A stretch of 64,000 nt of DNA. It comes from an uncultured virus (IMG/VR IMGVR_UViG_3300042295_000410). Its lineage: Duplodnaviria > Heunggongvirae > Uroviricota > Caudoviricetes. Shown here piece by piece: positions 15,312 through 26,051 of this stretch. How positions within the stretch are numbered: position 1 is the stretch's first letter; each line of letters starts with the position of its first letter. The stretch lies in the IMG/VR virus record IMGVR_UViG_3300042295_000410; one strand, given 5' to 3'. The notes under the pieces are model-generated. The model was given only the letters and a program-made list of their open reading frames with translations. It made no database searches and was not told where the DNA came from. The translations under genes and the position numbers were made by a program.

Positions 15312-18257
15312 ATGCTTCTAGATCAATACCCCAAAATCAATACAGACCTAATCAAAGAAATCCCCTGGGGAGGGGATGAGTTTTATTATGACCAACAATT
15401 ATACAACTTAGGTGAAGGCGATACTGAATTCTTAGTGATAAATCCTTATGCAAGACATTCTAGTGTCTTGAACTTTGTAAATGATGTGCCTAAAACAAGA
15501 AAATGTCTAGTTTGGACATACAAAGGTGAGTGGGTAGCCAAACTGTTTAAAGATGGGTGGCACCCATATGCTGGATATGAAACACATGAAATAGAAGTAC
15601 CAAAGAATCACATGTGGGCAAAAACGCCTATCTGGAAAAAGAATTCTGCAATAGCAAGTTCTATTACATTTGAATTTAATCCTATAGAAAGTTATGTATA
15701 TAATCAAGACGATGCTGACTATACGTTAGTTTGGTACATTGATCCTAGAGTCAATCCTTTAGAAGATAAAATATGGGCATTTACTTGTGAGGTGCCTGGC
15801 GCCAACGTTAAAGGCGAGAAAGACATGGGATACGTTATGCCTGAAATGCGAGTTACATGGAATCCTGATCTTCCTAAACTACTCATCGATGTCAACGAAT
15901 GTTATCCGCCATTTTGGTTTCTGGATTACGTTACTGCACTTGAGCTGGATCCTAACTACAGTCCAAAACCAGGTACTTGGTTGATTAAGTTTGAACCTAA
16001 ACGTAAAAAAACTTCTAAATGGGAATGGTTAGGCACAGTTAGTCCTGAGTTTAAAATTGAACAAAATCCTAGCCTACCAGAAATGCGTTTTGATTTAGAT
16101 TACGACATTCCTTGGCACGATCTAGCCTATGAACATATATGGTATCTAGACAAAGAAATAAACGGGGAGAAGATTTGGGCTTTGAAAATTACTCCCAGTG
16201 CAGAGATTGTGGGTGTTAAAGAAATAGGAACAGTTACTCCTCTGATTGCCGAAACACTGGATGTAATCTTTATTAGTTACCATGAATCTAATGCAGAAGA
16301 GAATTGGCAGCGTGTTTTAGAAAAAGCACCACATGCCAAACGTGTGGATGGTGTTACTGGTATCTTTGAGGCACATAAGGCAGCGGCTAAGTTATCCAAG
16401 ACTGACATGTTCTATGTAGTCGACGGTGATGCTTACTTAGTCGATGACTGGCAGTTCGACTACCAACCAGAGATATTTGATAGAGACTGTACATACGTCT
16501 GGCACAGTAAGAATCCTGTTAATGATTTAGAATATGGTTACGGTGGCGTTAAATTATTCCCTAAGCGGGCATTTGGCAAAATCAAAGTTTGGAAAACATT
16601 AGACCTACTGACGACTATTGTTCCTAAATTAAAAGTCTTCGATAAAGTCAGTAACATTACAACATTTAACACAGACGAGTTTGCCACATGGCGAAGTGCA
16701 TTTAGGGAAACAATTAAGTTATGCAATACCATTGCACAAGATCCCGATAATGCTGAAGCTATTGATAGATTGGCAGCATGGGAGACTCTGGGAGTAGATA
16801 GGCCGTTCGGTAATTATGCATTATCTGCTGTACATTCTGCTAAAGAGTTCTTTGATGCAAATAAAAATACACCAACATTACAACAAATAAATAACAGGTC
16901 CTGGTTACTCACAATGTTCAACTCAAAAAAAATAACTGCCTTCGATTACAAACCTATTAAAATTGTCAAAAAAGAAGATGTAGTTGCAGTTGCAACAAAT
17001 ACAACCACAATATGTGCAGTGCCCTGGATGCATCTTGCATTTGAACCTAGTGGAAAAGTAATTCCGTGTTGCCTAACCTCTGTACATAATTATTTTGCTG
17101 GTGATCTAACACATCAGAGCATTGAAGAAATTTGGAACAGCGGCAATATGAAATCTTTAAGAAAAGATATGATAGGGGGCAAAGAGCCCGAAATATGCCG
17201 TAAATGTTTTGATAGAGAACGGGTCACTGGTGAAAGTGGTCGTTTCTATCACAATAGAGACTTTCCAGAGGTAGTAAAAAAAATTCCAGAAATTACACTA
17301 GCAGACGGAACATGCACTACTATGGAGTTGAAGTATTGGGATTTCCGTTTTAGTAATCTTTGCAATTTTAAATGTCGTAGTTGCGGACCACGTTACAGTT
17401 CAGCATGGGTGCCGGATGCTAAAAAATTAGGCCTCACTGATCAAGAAAAAATATGGAGCATCGAATCAGTAGATGATAAGAATAACTTTGATTTTCTAAA
17501 AGATCAAATTAACCATGTGGAAAGAATTTACTTTGCTGGAGGCGAACCTCTACTCATGCCTGAACACTGGCAAATTTTAGAAATGTTGGTAGAAAAACAA
17601 CGATTTGATGTTAAACTATCATATAACACAAATGCATCAGTGTTATCTTATAATAAGAAAAATGTTATTGACTACTGGCGGCGATGGAACTTTGGCAAAT
17701 TAGAAATATGGCCCAGTATCGATGAAGTTGGAGAACGTGCAGAACTCATTCGAGCCGGCACTGTATGGTCTAAGGTTGAGTCAAATCTAAAAGAATTGAT
17801 GACATTAGATAATGCTATCATACGCCCGGGTATTACTGTAGGTGCTTGGAATGTTGGCAGATTTCCTGAAATTATTAAACATTTGATTTCAATAGGAGTT
17901 ATACGTCAACATCCTAAAACCAAATTTATTAATTACAATAATTTCTTCATCAATTTGTTAGAACATCCTTCACATTATCATGTTAGTATTCTACCCGATG
18001 ATTATCGTGCAGAGACTGTAATTAAATTAGAAACTTTTGTCAAAGAGCACAACGAAACATATAATACAAGCATAGATCATCTTTTAACACATATCATACA
18101 TGAATTAAAAAAACCATTTGATTTAACATCAGCAAAGAAATTTGTAACAGTGACGGAACAATTGGATAAGTTAAGAGGTGAGAATACTTATGAAATCATA
18201 CCAGAAATGAAATTAGTGTTAGAAGCAACAAGGAATAATGAATATGGACAAGATTGA
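15312..18257 (+). CDS. fusion protein: N-terminal repeats, GT-A-like glycosyltransferase domain, Twitch/SPASM radical SAM domain
   Basis: DVIFISY...VDGDA; CAVPW...PCC...CRKC; CNFKCRSC; FAGGEP. Confidence 0.85.
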   Translation: MLLDQYPKINTDLIKEIPWGGDEFYYDQQLYNLGEGDTEFLVINPYARHSSVLNFVNDVPKTRKCLVWTYKGEWVAKLFKDGWHPYAGYETHEIEVPKNHMWAKTPIWKKNSAIASSITFEFNPIESYVYNQDDADYTLVWYIDPRVNPLEDKIWAFTCEVPGANVKGEKDMGYVMPEMRVTWNPDLPKLLIDVNECYPPFWFLDYVTALELDPNYSPKPGTWLIKFEPKRKKTSKWEWLGTVSPEFKIEQNPSLPEMRFDLDYDIPWHDLAYEHIWYLDKEINGEKIWALKITPSAEIVGVKEIGTVTPLIAETLDVIFISYHESNAEENWQRVLEKAPHAKRVDGVTGIFEAHKAAAKLSKTDMFYVVDGDAYLVDDWQFDYQPEIFDRDCTYVWHSKNPVNDLEYGYGGVKLFPKRAFGKIKVWKTLDLLTTIVPKLKVFDKVSNITTFNTDEFATWRSAFRETIKLCNTIAQDPDNAEAIDRLAAWETLGVDRPFGNYALSAVHSAKEFFDANKNTPTLQQINNRSWLLTMFNSKKITAFDYKPIKIVKKEDVVAVATNTTTICAVPWMHLAFEPSGKVIPCCLTSVHNYFAGDLTHQSIEEIWNSGNMKSLRKDMIGGKEPEICRKCFDRERVTGESGRFYHNRDFPEVVKKIPEITLADGTCTTMELKYWDFRFSNLCNFKCRSCGPRYSSAWVPDAKKLGLTDQEKIWSIESVDDKNNFDFLKDQINHVERIYFAGGEPLLMPEHWQILEMLVEKQRFDVKLSYNTNASVLSYNKKNVIDYWRRWNFGKLEIWPSIDEVGERAELIRAGTVWSKVESNLKELMTLDNAIIRPGITVGAWNVGRFPEIIKHLISIGVIRQHPKTKFINYNNFFINLLEHPSHYHVSILPDDYRAETVIKLETFVKEHNETYNTSIDHLLTHIIHELKKPFDLTSAKKFVTVTEQLDKLRGENTYEIIPEMKLVLEATRNNEYGQD

Positions 18258-19587
18258 TCAATTAAGAACAGAAATTATTGAAAGTGAGACATTTTGTTTT
18301 TATCCTTTTACACAACTAAGTTCTAATCCCGCTGGCCACCTTAAACCGTGTTGTAATTATGTAGGAACAATGACACACCCGAACGGAGATATCATTAGCA
18401 TTTTATCCGGGGATAATTTTAGTGATGCGTGGAACAGCGAACACCTTGTTGATTTAAGAAAAAAATTACATACAGGAGATACTCCTGATGCTTGCAGGCG
18501 TTGCATTCGAGACGGCGACGTTAGTATGCGTACACGGTCAATTGAAGATTATAAAAATAATCGAAAAACATTAGAGATAGTTGCCAACAGCATAAACAAC
18601 AGTTACGAAGTGTTACACCAACCAACATATTTAGAATTAAAGCCTAGTAATTTGTGCAACCTTAAATGTGTCATGTGCAACAGTTACGACAGTAGTCAGA
18701 TTGCTAAAGAGTTAGGTGAACTTAATAATAAATTTGGTGGCATCAAAGTATTAGATGGAAGATTTATTGAAATTTCCAGTGTGTTTGGAATCACTGAACA
18801 TAATAAAACATGGAAAGATGTCGAACATCCCGATTGGTCTGATAATGAAGAAATATGGGAAAGTTTTACAAAATTAGCACCTGGACTAGAAGTATTAAGT
18901 TTTGCCGGTGGTGAACCTACAATTATGCCATTTGTGTTAAAGGCACTGCAATATGTTGTAGACAATGATCATGCTAAAAATATTACTGTATTTTTGTCCA
19001 GTAACTTTACAAACCTAAATAAAAACTTTTTAGAGTTAATGCCTAAGTTTAAAAAGTTTGAACTCATTGCCAGTATTGACGGGTTTGATAAAGTCAACGA
19101 TTATGCTAGATATCCTAGTAAATGGCGCCAGGTATCAAAGAATTACATTGAAGCAAAGAGTTATATGAAACACAGCAATGTTAAGATATTGAATAATATC
19201 ACCGTTAGCTCATTGAACATTGTTAACTTAGATAGCCTATTATATTTTATAGAAGAACAGGCCAAAGTGCATCCATACTTTAAAGAGTGGCCATATAACA
19301 TCAACTTAATTATGTTTCCGATGGAACAACAAATATCAATGTTACCACAGTCTCTGAAAGATTTAGCTACACAGAGATTAACAGCATATCTAGAAAATAG
19401 TCAAGTCATTAAAGATTTTCCCGGACTAGATGGAAAGATACACTTGTTATTAAATGAATTAACCAAGCCTGACAATCCGAAACTGTTTAAGGTATTCAAA
19501 CATAGAATTAAAATACTTGATGACCATAGAGGAATTTCAATCGGCGATTATATTCCAGACTTGAAAGATGCTTTTAAACATGACTAA
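18238..19587 (+). CDS. radical SAM protein with N-terminal Twitch-like domain
   Basis: CFYPF...PCC...CRRC; CNLKCVMC; AGGEP. Confidence 0.9.
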   Translation: MNMDKIDQLRTEIIESETFCFYPFTQLSSNPAGHLKPCCNYVGTMTHPNGDIISILSGDNFSDAWNSEHLVDLRKKLHTGDTPDACRRCIRDGDVSMRTRSIEDYKNNRKTLEIVANSINNSYEVLHQPTYLELKPSNLCNLKCVMCNSYDSSQIAKELGELNNKFGGIKVLDGRFIEISSVFGITEHNKTWKDVEHPDWSDNEEIWESFTKLAPGLEVLSFAGGEPTIMPFVLKALQYVVDNDHAKNITVFLSSNFTNLNKNFLELMPKFKKFELIASIDGFDKVNDYARYPSKWRQVSKNYIEAKSYMKHSNVKILNNITVSSLNIVNLDSLLYFIEEQAKVHPYFKEWPYNINLIMFPMEQQISMLPQSLKDLATQRLTAYLENSQVIKDFPGLDGKIHLLLNELTKPDNPKLFKVFKHRIKILDDHRGISIGDYIPDLKDAFKHD

Positions 19588-20815
19588 GACATATTGCCCG
19601 TTAGCATGGAATCATTTTTCTACACACACTGATGGCAATATGCGTCTTTGTTGTAATTCTACTAATGCAGGAAGATTAAAGAAAGATGGCAAGTTTGTAA
19701 AAATAAATGAGATAACAAGTTTGATTGAATTTTACAATATTGATCAATTAAAAAATATAAGAAAGAAAATGATAGACGGCGAGCGGGTGGCCGAGTGCCA
19801 GCATTGTTATAATGTTGAGGACAATGGGGGTGAAAGTGTTAGAAATTGGTTTGTAAAGAGATGGCCGATTGAAGATATTATAACAAACACTGAAATGCAT
19901 ACGGGCAAGTTAGAATCTGTTGATGTAAATTACTTAGATTTAAGTTGGTCGAATAAGTGTAATCTACAATGCAAGATGTGTACCCCGGGAGCTAGCGATC
20001 AACTAATAAAAGAATTTAAATTCCTCAACATTAAACCATGGGGTGAAAAAGAAAGTGATTATAAAGCTCAATGGAACTATGATCAAATTAAACATATCCT
20101 TGACCTAGTAAAGACTGACGGATTAGTGCAGATATTAGTAACCGGTGGTGAACCATTAATCAACAACGATTTTTATACATTTTGTAAAGAACTAATTAGT
20201 TCAGGTTTATCTAAACAGGTTGACTTATCTATACATACAAATTTAACTGTGACACCGTCAAAATGGTTTGACATCTGGAGCCATTTTAAGACTATGACTA
20301 TTAAAGTAAGTATTGATGCTGTTGCTGATATGTACGAATATATTAGATATCCTGGAAAATGGAACATTGTTAAAGATAATATTGATAGCATAGTTCAATA
20401 TTCGAATGAAAACGAAAATATTGGTATCGAGTTTCACACTGTGTTTTCTATTTTTAATACACATAAATTTACAGAATTGTTAGATTATATTGTGAGGTTG
20501 GAAGGAAAGAATATTTTAAACTTTCCTCACATAAATTATATCTACGATCCAAGCTATGCATCCCCGAGTAATTTACCAACAGCTTATAAAAATACAGTGT
20601 ATCAAGAAATTGCAACCTGGTTTGAAAACAATAGAGAACTACTTGAAAAAGATGCAGTTAAAGAAAAGGCTAACATATTGAGTGCAATGATTACATTTTT
20701 AATCGGAACACCTGAGTCAGATATAAATTTTAAAAACAGTGTTTCGATAATAAAAAAGATGGATGCTTATCGAAATCACAATACAGAAAAATATTTGCCG
20801 TGGTGGAAAAATTAA
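19580..20815 (+). CDS. radical SAM protein with N-terminal Twitch-like domain
   Basis: CPLAW...LCC...CQHC; CNLQCKMC; TGGEP. Confidence 0.9.
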   Translation: MTKTYCPLAWNHFSTHTDGNMRLCCNSTNAGRLKKDGKFVKINEITSLIEFYNIDQLKNIRKKMIDGERVAECQHCYNVEDNGGESVRNWFVKRWPIEDIITNTEMHTGKLESVDVNYLDLSWSNKCNLQCKMCTPGASDQLIKEFKFLNIKPWGEKESDYKAQWNYDQIKHILDLVKTDGLVQILVTGGEPLINNDFYTFCKELISSGLSKQVDLSIHTNLTVTPSKWFDIWSHFKTMTIKVSIDAVADMYEYIRYPGKWNIVKDNIDSIVQYSNENENIGIEFHTVFSIFNTHKFTELLDYIVRLEGKNILNFPHINYIYDPSYASPSNLPTAYKNTVYQEIATWFENNRELLEKDAVKEKANILSAMITFLIGTPESDINFKNSVSIIKKMDAYRNHNTEKYLPWWKN

Positions 20816-20818
20816 CTG

Positions 20819-21601
20819 TTAGGTATATTTTATAAAATTAGTTCTATCCCAGTCCGGACCACGAAACTCCATTCTGTCATCAGTCCATCCTATGGGTTGA
20901 TACCCGTAACAATCAAAATCCTGAGGATAAGTTGTTTTAGTTATAGTTACAGGATATTTTCGGTCTTTCATATCTTTAGATAATACATCTATGCAAAACG
21001 TTTTATAAAAATCAAATGCTGGCGGTCTGCATAGATATGCTTTATTACATTGACCAACTAAAAACATTTTTAAATTTAATGGATGTTTTTCTAAATATGA
21101 AAAAGTGCTAGCTGTAACCTGAGGAAACATGGTTGAAAAGAAATCATCAACAATAACAACTCCATAGTCAGACAAAAAATGATCAGCTAAAATTAAATCT
21201 TTATAGCATTGTGCATAACTATGATCGCCATCAATATGAAACCATGAATAATCGCGAGAATGTTCTTGAAAAATAGAATAATGAAAATGCACCAAACTGT
21301 TAGAATAATCATTTATTAATCTTAGATTTAATCCCTCAATCTTTGATAGTAAATTTGAATAAGTTGTGTCCATCCATTCACCGGGATCTACAATCACCTG
21401 CTGTGTGTTGTTGGCCTGTGCATATAGCCCACTTAGCATTGCAGACTTTCCATGTAATACACCTATTTCTAAAAAATTACGCACAACTTTATTTTCGGTT
21501 TGATAACCTAATAACGAGTCCCATACTAATGCACTGGGAAATTGTAAGGACCCTGGTATATCTTCAGATATAACATTATATTGATTTAAAAAACTTTTCA
21601 T
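20819..21601 (-). CDS. class I SAM-dependent methyltransferase (Methyltransf_24-like)
   Basis: LEIGVLHGKS; HIDGDHSY; GVVIVDD. Confidence 0.85.
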   Translation of the reverse strand: MKSFLNQYNVISEDIPGSLQFPSALVWDSLLGYQTENKVVRNFLEIGVLHGKSAMLSGLYAQANNTQQVIVDPGEWMDTTYSNLLSKIEGLNLRLINDYSNSLVHFHYSIFQEHSRDYSWFHIDGDHSYAQCYKDLILADHFLSDYGVVIVDDFFSTMFPQVTASTFSYLEKHPLNLKMFLVGQCNKAYLCRPPAFDFYKTFCIDVLSKDMKDRKYPVTITKTTYPQDFDCYGYQPIGWTDDRMEFRGPDWDRTNFIKYT

Positions 21602-23562
21602 TTTTTAAAATCTATTTCTGTGTAATTAACTATCTTAATAGGGATAACTTTGCTAGGCTCCTCTAAAACAGTTATTAGTTTTGGCCAACCAACTTGATCT
21701 CCATCTAAATGAGTGCCGTCGAGGTGTATTACAATACAATCATTTTCAAAATTATCTTCAACTCTAATTATTTTTCTTGTTTGAAGATCTGAAAACTGTA
21801 CAATTTTACCAACTGTTAATTCTTCTAAAATGTAAGGAACATGTGAAAATAATATTGCAGGCCCCCAATTTCTAGCAACACCATTTAACCAATTCTCATC
21901 CGAATGCCGGCTAATTGCATAAACATTTGAACTTGGGGTACTTTTTAAGAAACCTGAATATTCGAATAAAAACTTTTTAGCTATTTGATCTTCGGGATGA
22001 TCTTTAACCCATTCTGTGTAATAGTATATTGCTTTTTCTGGTTGACCTATTGCAATATAATATTGGGCAATGACTTGATTTCTATTGAGAAGATATGTCG
22101 ACGGATAAGTGGTTTTTATACCTAAGTCGGAAACTAATCGACAAAAATCTTCAAATCTTTTTAATCGAACTAGGAATGTGTTATTACCATCTACACTTTT
22201 CCAAAAAGTTCCGCCGAGTGTTTTGTCAATACCGAATTTTTCTGCGTTCTCCCATCCAGGAGTTCCGTTAGCAAATCCGCAAAATGCTGCACTGGGATTT
22301 ACATATAATTTATTTTTTGAATTACGTCTTAAAAACTCTAAGACCATTAATGAATCTTCTTCAGTTTCTCCCGGTAACCCAAACATGACATTGTAAACTG
22401 CATTAAGTCCGGTCCTTGCATGAGATTCAGCAATTTTATCAATATCGGCACCTTTTGATAATAACTTTCCTACACTCCTCATAAGTGTAGGGTTTGGAGT
22501 TTCTAATCCGTAGGCCATGACCACACATCCGGACTGTTTTAATTTTATCATCAGTTCTTCGGTCATTTCTTTTCTAATAACTGCCTGTCCGGCCCATTGT
22601 ATTTTAATTTTATTTTCAATGAGGTATTCGGCAAACTTTTCAATTGCGCTTATCTTCCCGTTACATAAACTATCTTGAAAGTCAATAAAGTCAATTTCAG
22701 GATATAATTTTAATTGGTACTTAACTTCTTCAATCATGCTTTCTGCAGACCGAAATCGATATGATTCCCAATAAGGTTGCTCATTACAGAATATACATTT
22801 ATTAGGACACCCTCGACTAGACGCCATTGGTAATCGTGTTGGGGATAGGTAAGGAGCTAATGAAAAATCACTGTAGTGGGGTATCGGAAGAGTGTCGATT
22901 TTTGGAATCATTGGCCTTGTTGGAGTAGCATGTACTGCTCCGTCTTTAAACACTAACAATCCAGGGCAATCGAGCAATGATTGATTTTTTCGAACACGCT
23001 CAATTATGTCTACTAATGTTTCTTCTCCCTCAGCCTGGGCGACTGCATCTATTAACGGATTTTTTGCCAAAACATTACCAGCTAGATATCGGTGGGCATG
23101 AGGACCACCGACAATAATCTTTAGCTCAGGCTTACGTGCTTTGAGCAGTTTGATAAGATGCATCGAAGTATGCATTGAAGTGTTGTATAAACTAAATCCA
23201 ACTAATGGTGTATTAGTCGACACCACTAACTCGACAAAGTCATCAATTTCTTTTTTGTATTCGGTTAACAGGTCATTAACGCAGTCTTTAGATTCCCAAA
23301 ACCACTGAGATTGATCTATGTCCCACATTATGGAAAATTTCTCAGGTCTAATAGCAAAAAATTCAACATTTAAATCTAATGGTAAAATCTTGTATCCTTT
23401 CTGCCGAACATAGGCTGAAAGTGATGCTAAAGAAAGCGGAGCTGTTTGCACTCCCCATCCAGGTGCCTGGACTAGTATTATATCGGGATTGTTCAAATTA
23501 CCATGATTTGTAGTTGAATTTGGAAAAACATCAGTTAGTAATTGTATAGATCTATCAGGCAT
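21598..23562 (-). CDS. cobalamin-binding radical SAM protein (class B methyltransferase-like)
   Basis: PLSLASL...GGPH...EGE B12 domain; SRGCPNKCIFC; GLPGET. Confidence 0.9.
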   Translation of the reverse strand: MPDRSIQLLTDVFPNSTTNHGNLNNPDIILVQAPGWGVQTAPLSLASLSAYVRQKGYKILPLDLNVEFFAIRPEKFSIMWDIDQSQWFWESKDCVNDLLTEYKKEIDDFVELVVSTNTPLVGFSLYNTSMHTSMHLIKLLKARKPELKIIVGGPHAHRYLAGNVLAKNPLIDAVAQAEGEETLVDIIERVRKNQSLLDCPGLLVFKDGAVHATPTRPMIPKIDTLPIPHYSDFSLAPYLSPTRLPMASSRGCPNKCIFCNEQPYWESYRFRSAESMIEEVKYQLKLYPEIDFIDFQDSLCNGKISAIEKFAEYLIENKIKIQWAGQAVIRKEMTEELMIKLKQSGCVVMAYGLETPNPTLMRSVGKLLSKGADIDKIAESHARTGLNAVYNVMFGLPGETEEDSLMVLEFLRRNSKNKLYVNPSAAFCGFANGTPGWENAEKFGIDKTLGGTFWKSVDGNNTFLVRLKRFEDFCRLVSDLGIKTTYPSTYLLNRNQVIAQYYIAIGQPEKAIYYYTEWVKDHPEDQIAKKFLFEYSGFLKSTPSSNVYAISRHSDENWLNGVARNWGPAILFSHVPYILEELTVGKIVQFSDLQTRKIIRVEDNFENDCIVIHLDGTHLDGDQVGWPKLITVLEEPSKVIPIKIVNYTEIDFKK

Positions 23563-23671
23563 AGCGGTATTTATTAAATAAAATACTGTTATATTAACAA
23601 CATTTGATCTCTCAGTAAATAGATGCTATATTTAGGGTTCCTAGTCTTGAAAAAAATATTGAAATTAAAGT

Positions 23672-24223
23672 ATGATAGTGAATAAGGATGCATTTAGTAG
23701 CGGTCAAATAGGAAGTAAGATTTGGCTCTGCGAAGAATTAGAAAAACTTTTTGATTCTGTCGATAGTATTTGGATCTACGGCGGATGGTATGGAGTAACA
23801 GCGTTCCTATTAAACAGTCGAGGCAATATACAGATTGGAAAGATACGCAGTTACGACGTTGATCCAAAATGCGAAGCTGTGGCGGACATGATCAACGAGA
23901 ATTGGGTTATAGATAACTGGAAGTTTAAAGCTAAAACCCAGGACTGTAATCTACTTGATCTGGACTGGCACGGCCCAGATTTGGTTATAAATACAAGCAC
24001 CGAACACTTCGAAAGTTTGGATTGGTGGAACAGTATCCCAAAAGGAACCACTGTAGTACTTCAAGGCAACAATATGCCGCACGAAGACCACCACATACAC
24101 AGCAGTAGTTTAGACGAGTTCATCGGGACTTATCCAGTTAGTAACCTACTGTACCGCGGCCAAAAAGACTTTGAGTACCCCACTTGGAAGTTCTCAAGAT
24201 TTATGCTTATTGGCATTAAGTAA
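23672..24223 (+). CDS. SAM-dependent methyltransferase-like protein
   Basis: GGWYG motif I, YDVD, INTSTEH. Confidence 0.7.
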   Translation: MIVNKDAFSSGQIGSKIWLCEELEKLFDSVDSIWIYGGWYGVTAFLLNSRGNIQIGKIRSYDVDPKCEAVADMINENWVIDNWKFKAKTQDCNLLDLDWHGPDLVINTSTEHFESLDWWNSIPKGTTVVLQGNNMPHEDHHIHSSSLDEFIGTYPVSNLLYRGQKDFEYPTWKFSRFMLIGIK

Positions 24224-24322
24224 TCCTAGATTTTACCAAAACCGGTTGCTTTTTACCAACTTTGACTGTATAATAGTCATTGTTGTATAATTATTTTACC
24301 ACTAACGAAAAAGGAGGTCTAT

Positions 24323-24904
24323 ATGACTGAGTTAACGCTAGATAGGGATCAAGATACACAGGTGCAAGTTTCTTCGACTTTGTTGAAGATCATCACATTA
24401 TTGTTGATGATTGTAGCTGCTTATGGATCTGTATCTCTATTACAATGGGCCATTGCTAACAAGCAATCTAATTATCAAGTAACAGATAGTTCCCAAATTA
24501 CAACAGAAGTTCGCGAAAGACAATTAGCTTGTCTCGCCAAGAACATCTATTATGAAGCAGGCAATCAGCCGTTTGAGGGCAAGGTTGCAGTTGCACAAGT
24601 TACAATAAACAGAACTGAAAGCGGGCAGTATCCAAGCGATATCTGCAAGACAATCTATCAAAAGAACATTGTCTATGAAAAGGTCCTATGCCAATTTAGT
24701 TGGGTCTGTGACAGGACTGTTCCAACTAGGGCAGTGAACAAGGCTTCTTTTAAAGAAAGCGAAGAAGTCGCTAAGAAAGTTCTACTAGAAGGATTTCGCC
24801 TTCCTAGCCTAAAAGAGGCCATGTACTTCCACGGTGATTATATCAATCCAGGCTGGAAGAGAGAACGTATCACTAAAATCGGCAATCACATTTTTTACAA
24901 GTAA
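24323..24904 (+). CDS. SleB/Hydrolase_2 cell wall hydrolase with N-terminal TM helix
   Basis: CLAKNIYYEA..Q...GKVAVAQVT.NR, CQFSW, IGNHIFY; AGGAGG SD; sigma70-like promoter near 24246-24273. Confidence 0.9.
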   Translation: MTELTLDRDQDTQVQVSSTLLKIITLLLMIVAAYGSVSLLQWAIANKQSNYQVTDSSQITTEVRERQLACLAKNIYYEAGNQPFEGKVAVAQVTINRTESGQYPSDICKTIYQKNIVYEKVLCQFSWVCDRTVPTRAVNKASFKESEEVAKKVLLEGFRLPSLKEAMYFHGDYINPGWKRERITKIGNHIFYK

Positions 24905-24912
24905 GGACAAGT

Positions 24913-25233
24913 ATGTTTATCATTGATCAAATTAAAGACGCAGTATTATTTCTTGTTAAATTTGCTAAAGATCACCTTGGGCATGTAAGTGCCCATACAT
25001 TAGGTTGGGTTACAATTATCCTACTGCATCTGTCTAGTATTCCTACTCTTGTAGCAGTATTGATGGCGCAGAGCGATAAGCTGCCTCCTGTAGATTTAAT
25101 GGTATTTGTTTGGAGTGCATTGATCACGCTGTTTTTTAAAGCTCTTATTGAACGTAACTTCTTGTACATTGCTACTATCTGTTTGGGCTTTGCGGCACAG
25201 ACAGTAATTATGAGTTTGATCCTATTCAAATAA
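24913..25233 (+). CDS. three-TM membrane protein, possible holin
   Basis: Hydrophobic helices; adjacent to cell wall hydrolase. Confidence 0.55.
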   Translation: MFIIDQIKDAVLFLVKFAKDHLGHVSAHTLGWVTIILLHLSSIPTLVAVLMAQSDKLPPVDLMVFVWSALITLFFKALIERNFLYIATICLGFAAQTVIMSLILFK

Positions 25234-25241
25234 ATAAATCT

Positions 25242-25493
25242 ATGCGAATCACAGAACTACTTGCCGAAAAGAAAATAGCCGCACCTACTGCTAGCCAATG
25301 CTCTATTGGGCGTTCTAGATTGAGTAATGTGCGCTATTCACAATGCGTGAGCCGCGGCATGCTTAAACATGATAGCAATCATACTGACGGTACGGGTACA
25401 CAGGGCAAGGCAGGCAGCGGTGTAAGACTCAAAGGCAAAAAGTCTAAGAGTGAATTACACGGCGGCCCTGTTAAAGACTACGACAGTAAATGA
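25242..25493 (+). CDS. small basic protein, possible internal head protein
   Basis: MRITELLAE N-terminus; TAAATA 5 nt upstream. Confidence 0.7.
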   Translation: MRITELLAEKKIAAPTASQCSIGRSRLSNVRYSQCVSRGMLKHDSNHTDGTGTQGKAGSGVRLKGKKSKSELHGGPVKDYDSK

Positions 25494-25847
25494 TTACCAC
25501 TCGTCATTCTGATTGAGTTTCAGCACGGCCGTTTCTAACAACTCGTGATGATCTAACTCGGCGAAACACTTGTCGAGTTCATATATTTTTTCTTCGTTAT
25601 TAAAATTAGTTTCCCATTCCGAAACGCCTAACATTTCCATTAGTTCTGTAAACGTTATAGTCTCTCCCCGAACCTGGCTAACCCAAATACAGGTTAAGAA
25701 ACTGCACATAAAAATCACACGTTGATTTTCTATACCGTATTCTTCGCACCATTCTAAAGTTTTATTCAAATAGTAGTCGATGTCGTCAATACGATGCTCT
25801 AACTGTATGATCCATTCTTTAGTATCATCTCTAGACCAGTATGCCAT
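25494..25847 (-). CDS. hypothetical acidic protein
   Basis: ORF coupled by TAATG to the upstream Cys-rich gene. Confidence 0.8.
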   Translation of the reverse strand: MAYWSRDDTKEWIIQLEHRIDDIDYYLNKTLEWCEEYGIENQRVIFMCSFLTCIWVSQVRGETITFTELMEMLGVSEWETNFNNEEKIYELDKCFAELDHHELLETAVLKLNQNDEW

Positions 25848-26011
25848 TAATTGTACCCTCTGCTATTATCTAATTCTATGCACTCTGGACATTCGCAGTC
25901 CGGGCAGTATTCGCATTCAGTACAACTATGATTGCAGTGTGCAGGACATCCGCATTTGCATTTAGCTGTAAATCGTTTGTAGTTTTGAAAGTCATCCATG
26001 TATTGTTCCAT
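25847..26011 (-). CDS. 54-aa Cys-rich metallothionein-like protein
   Basis: [69 protein letters not shown] upstream; not in ORF track. Confidence 0.8.
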   Translation of the reverse strand: MEQYMDDFQNYKRFTAKCKCGCPAHCNHSCTECEYCPDCECPECIELDNSRGYN

Positions 26012-26051
26012 GTTTTTCTCCTGCTTGGATATTTATAGTGTAAATAGTAGT

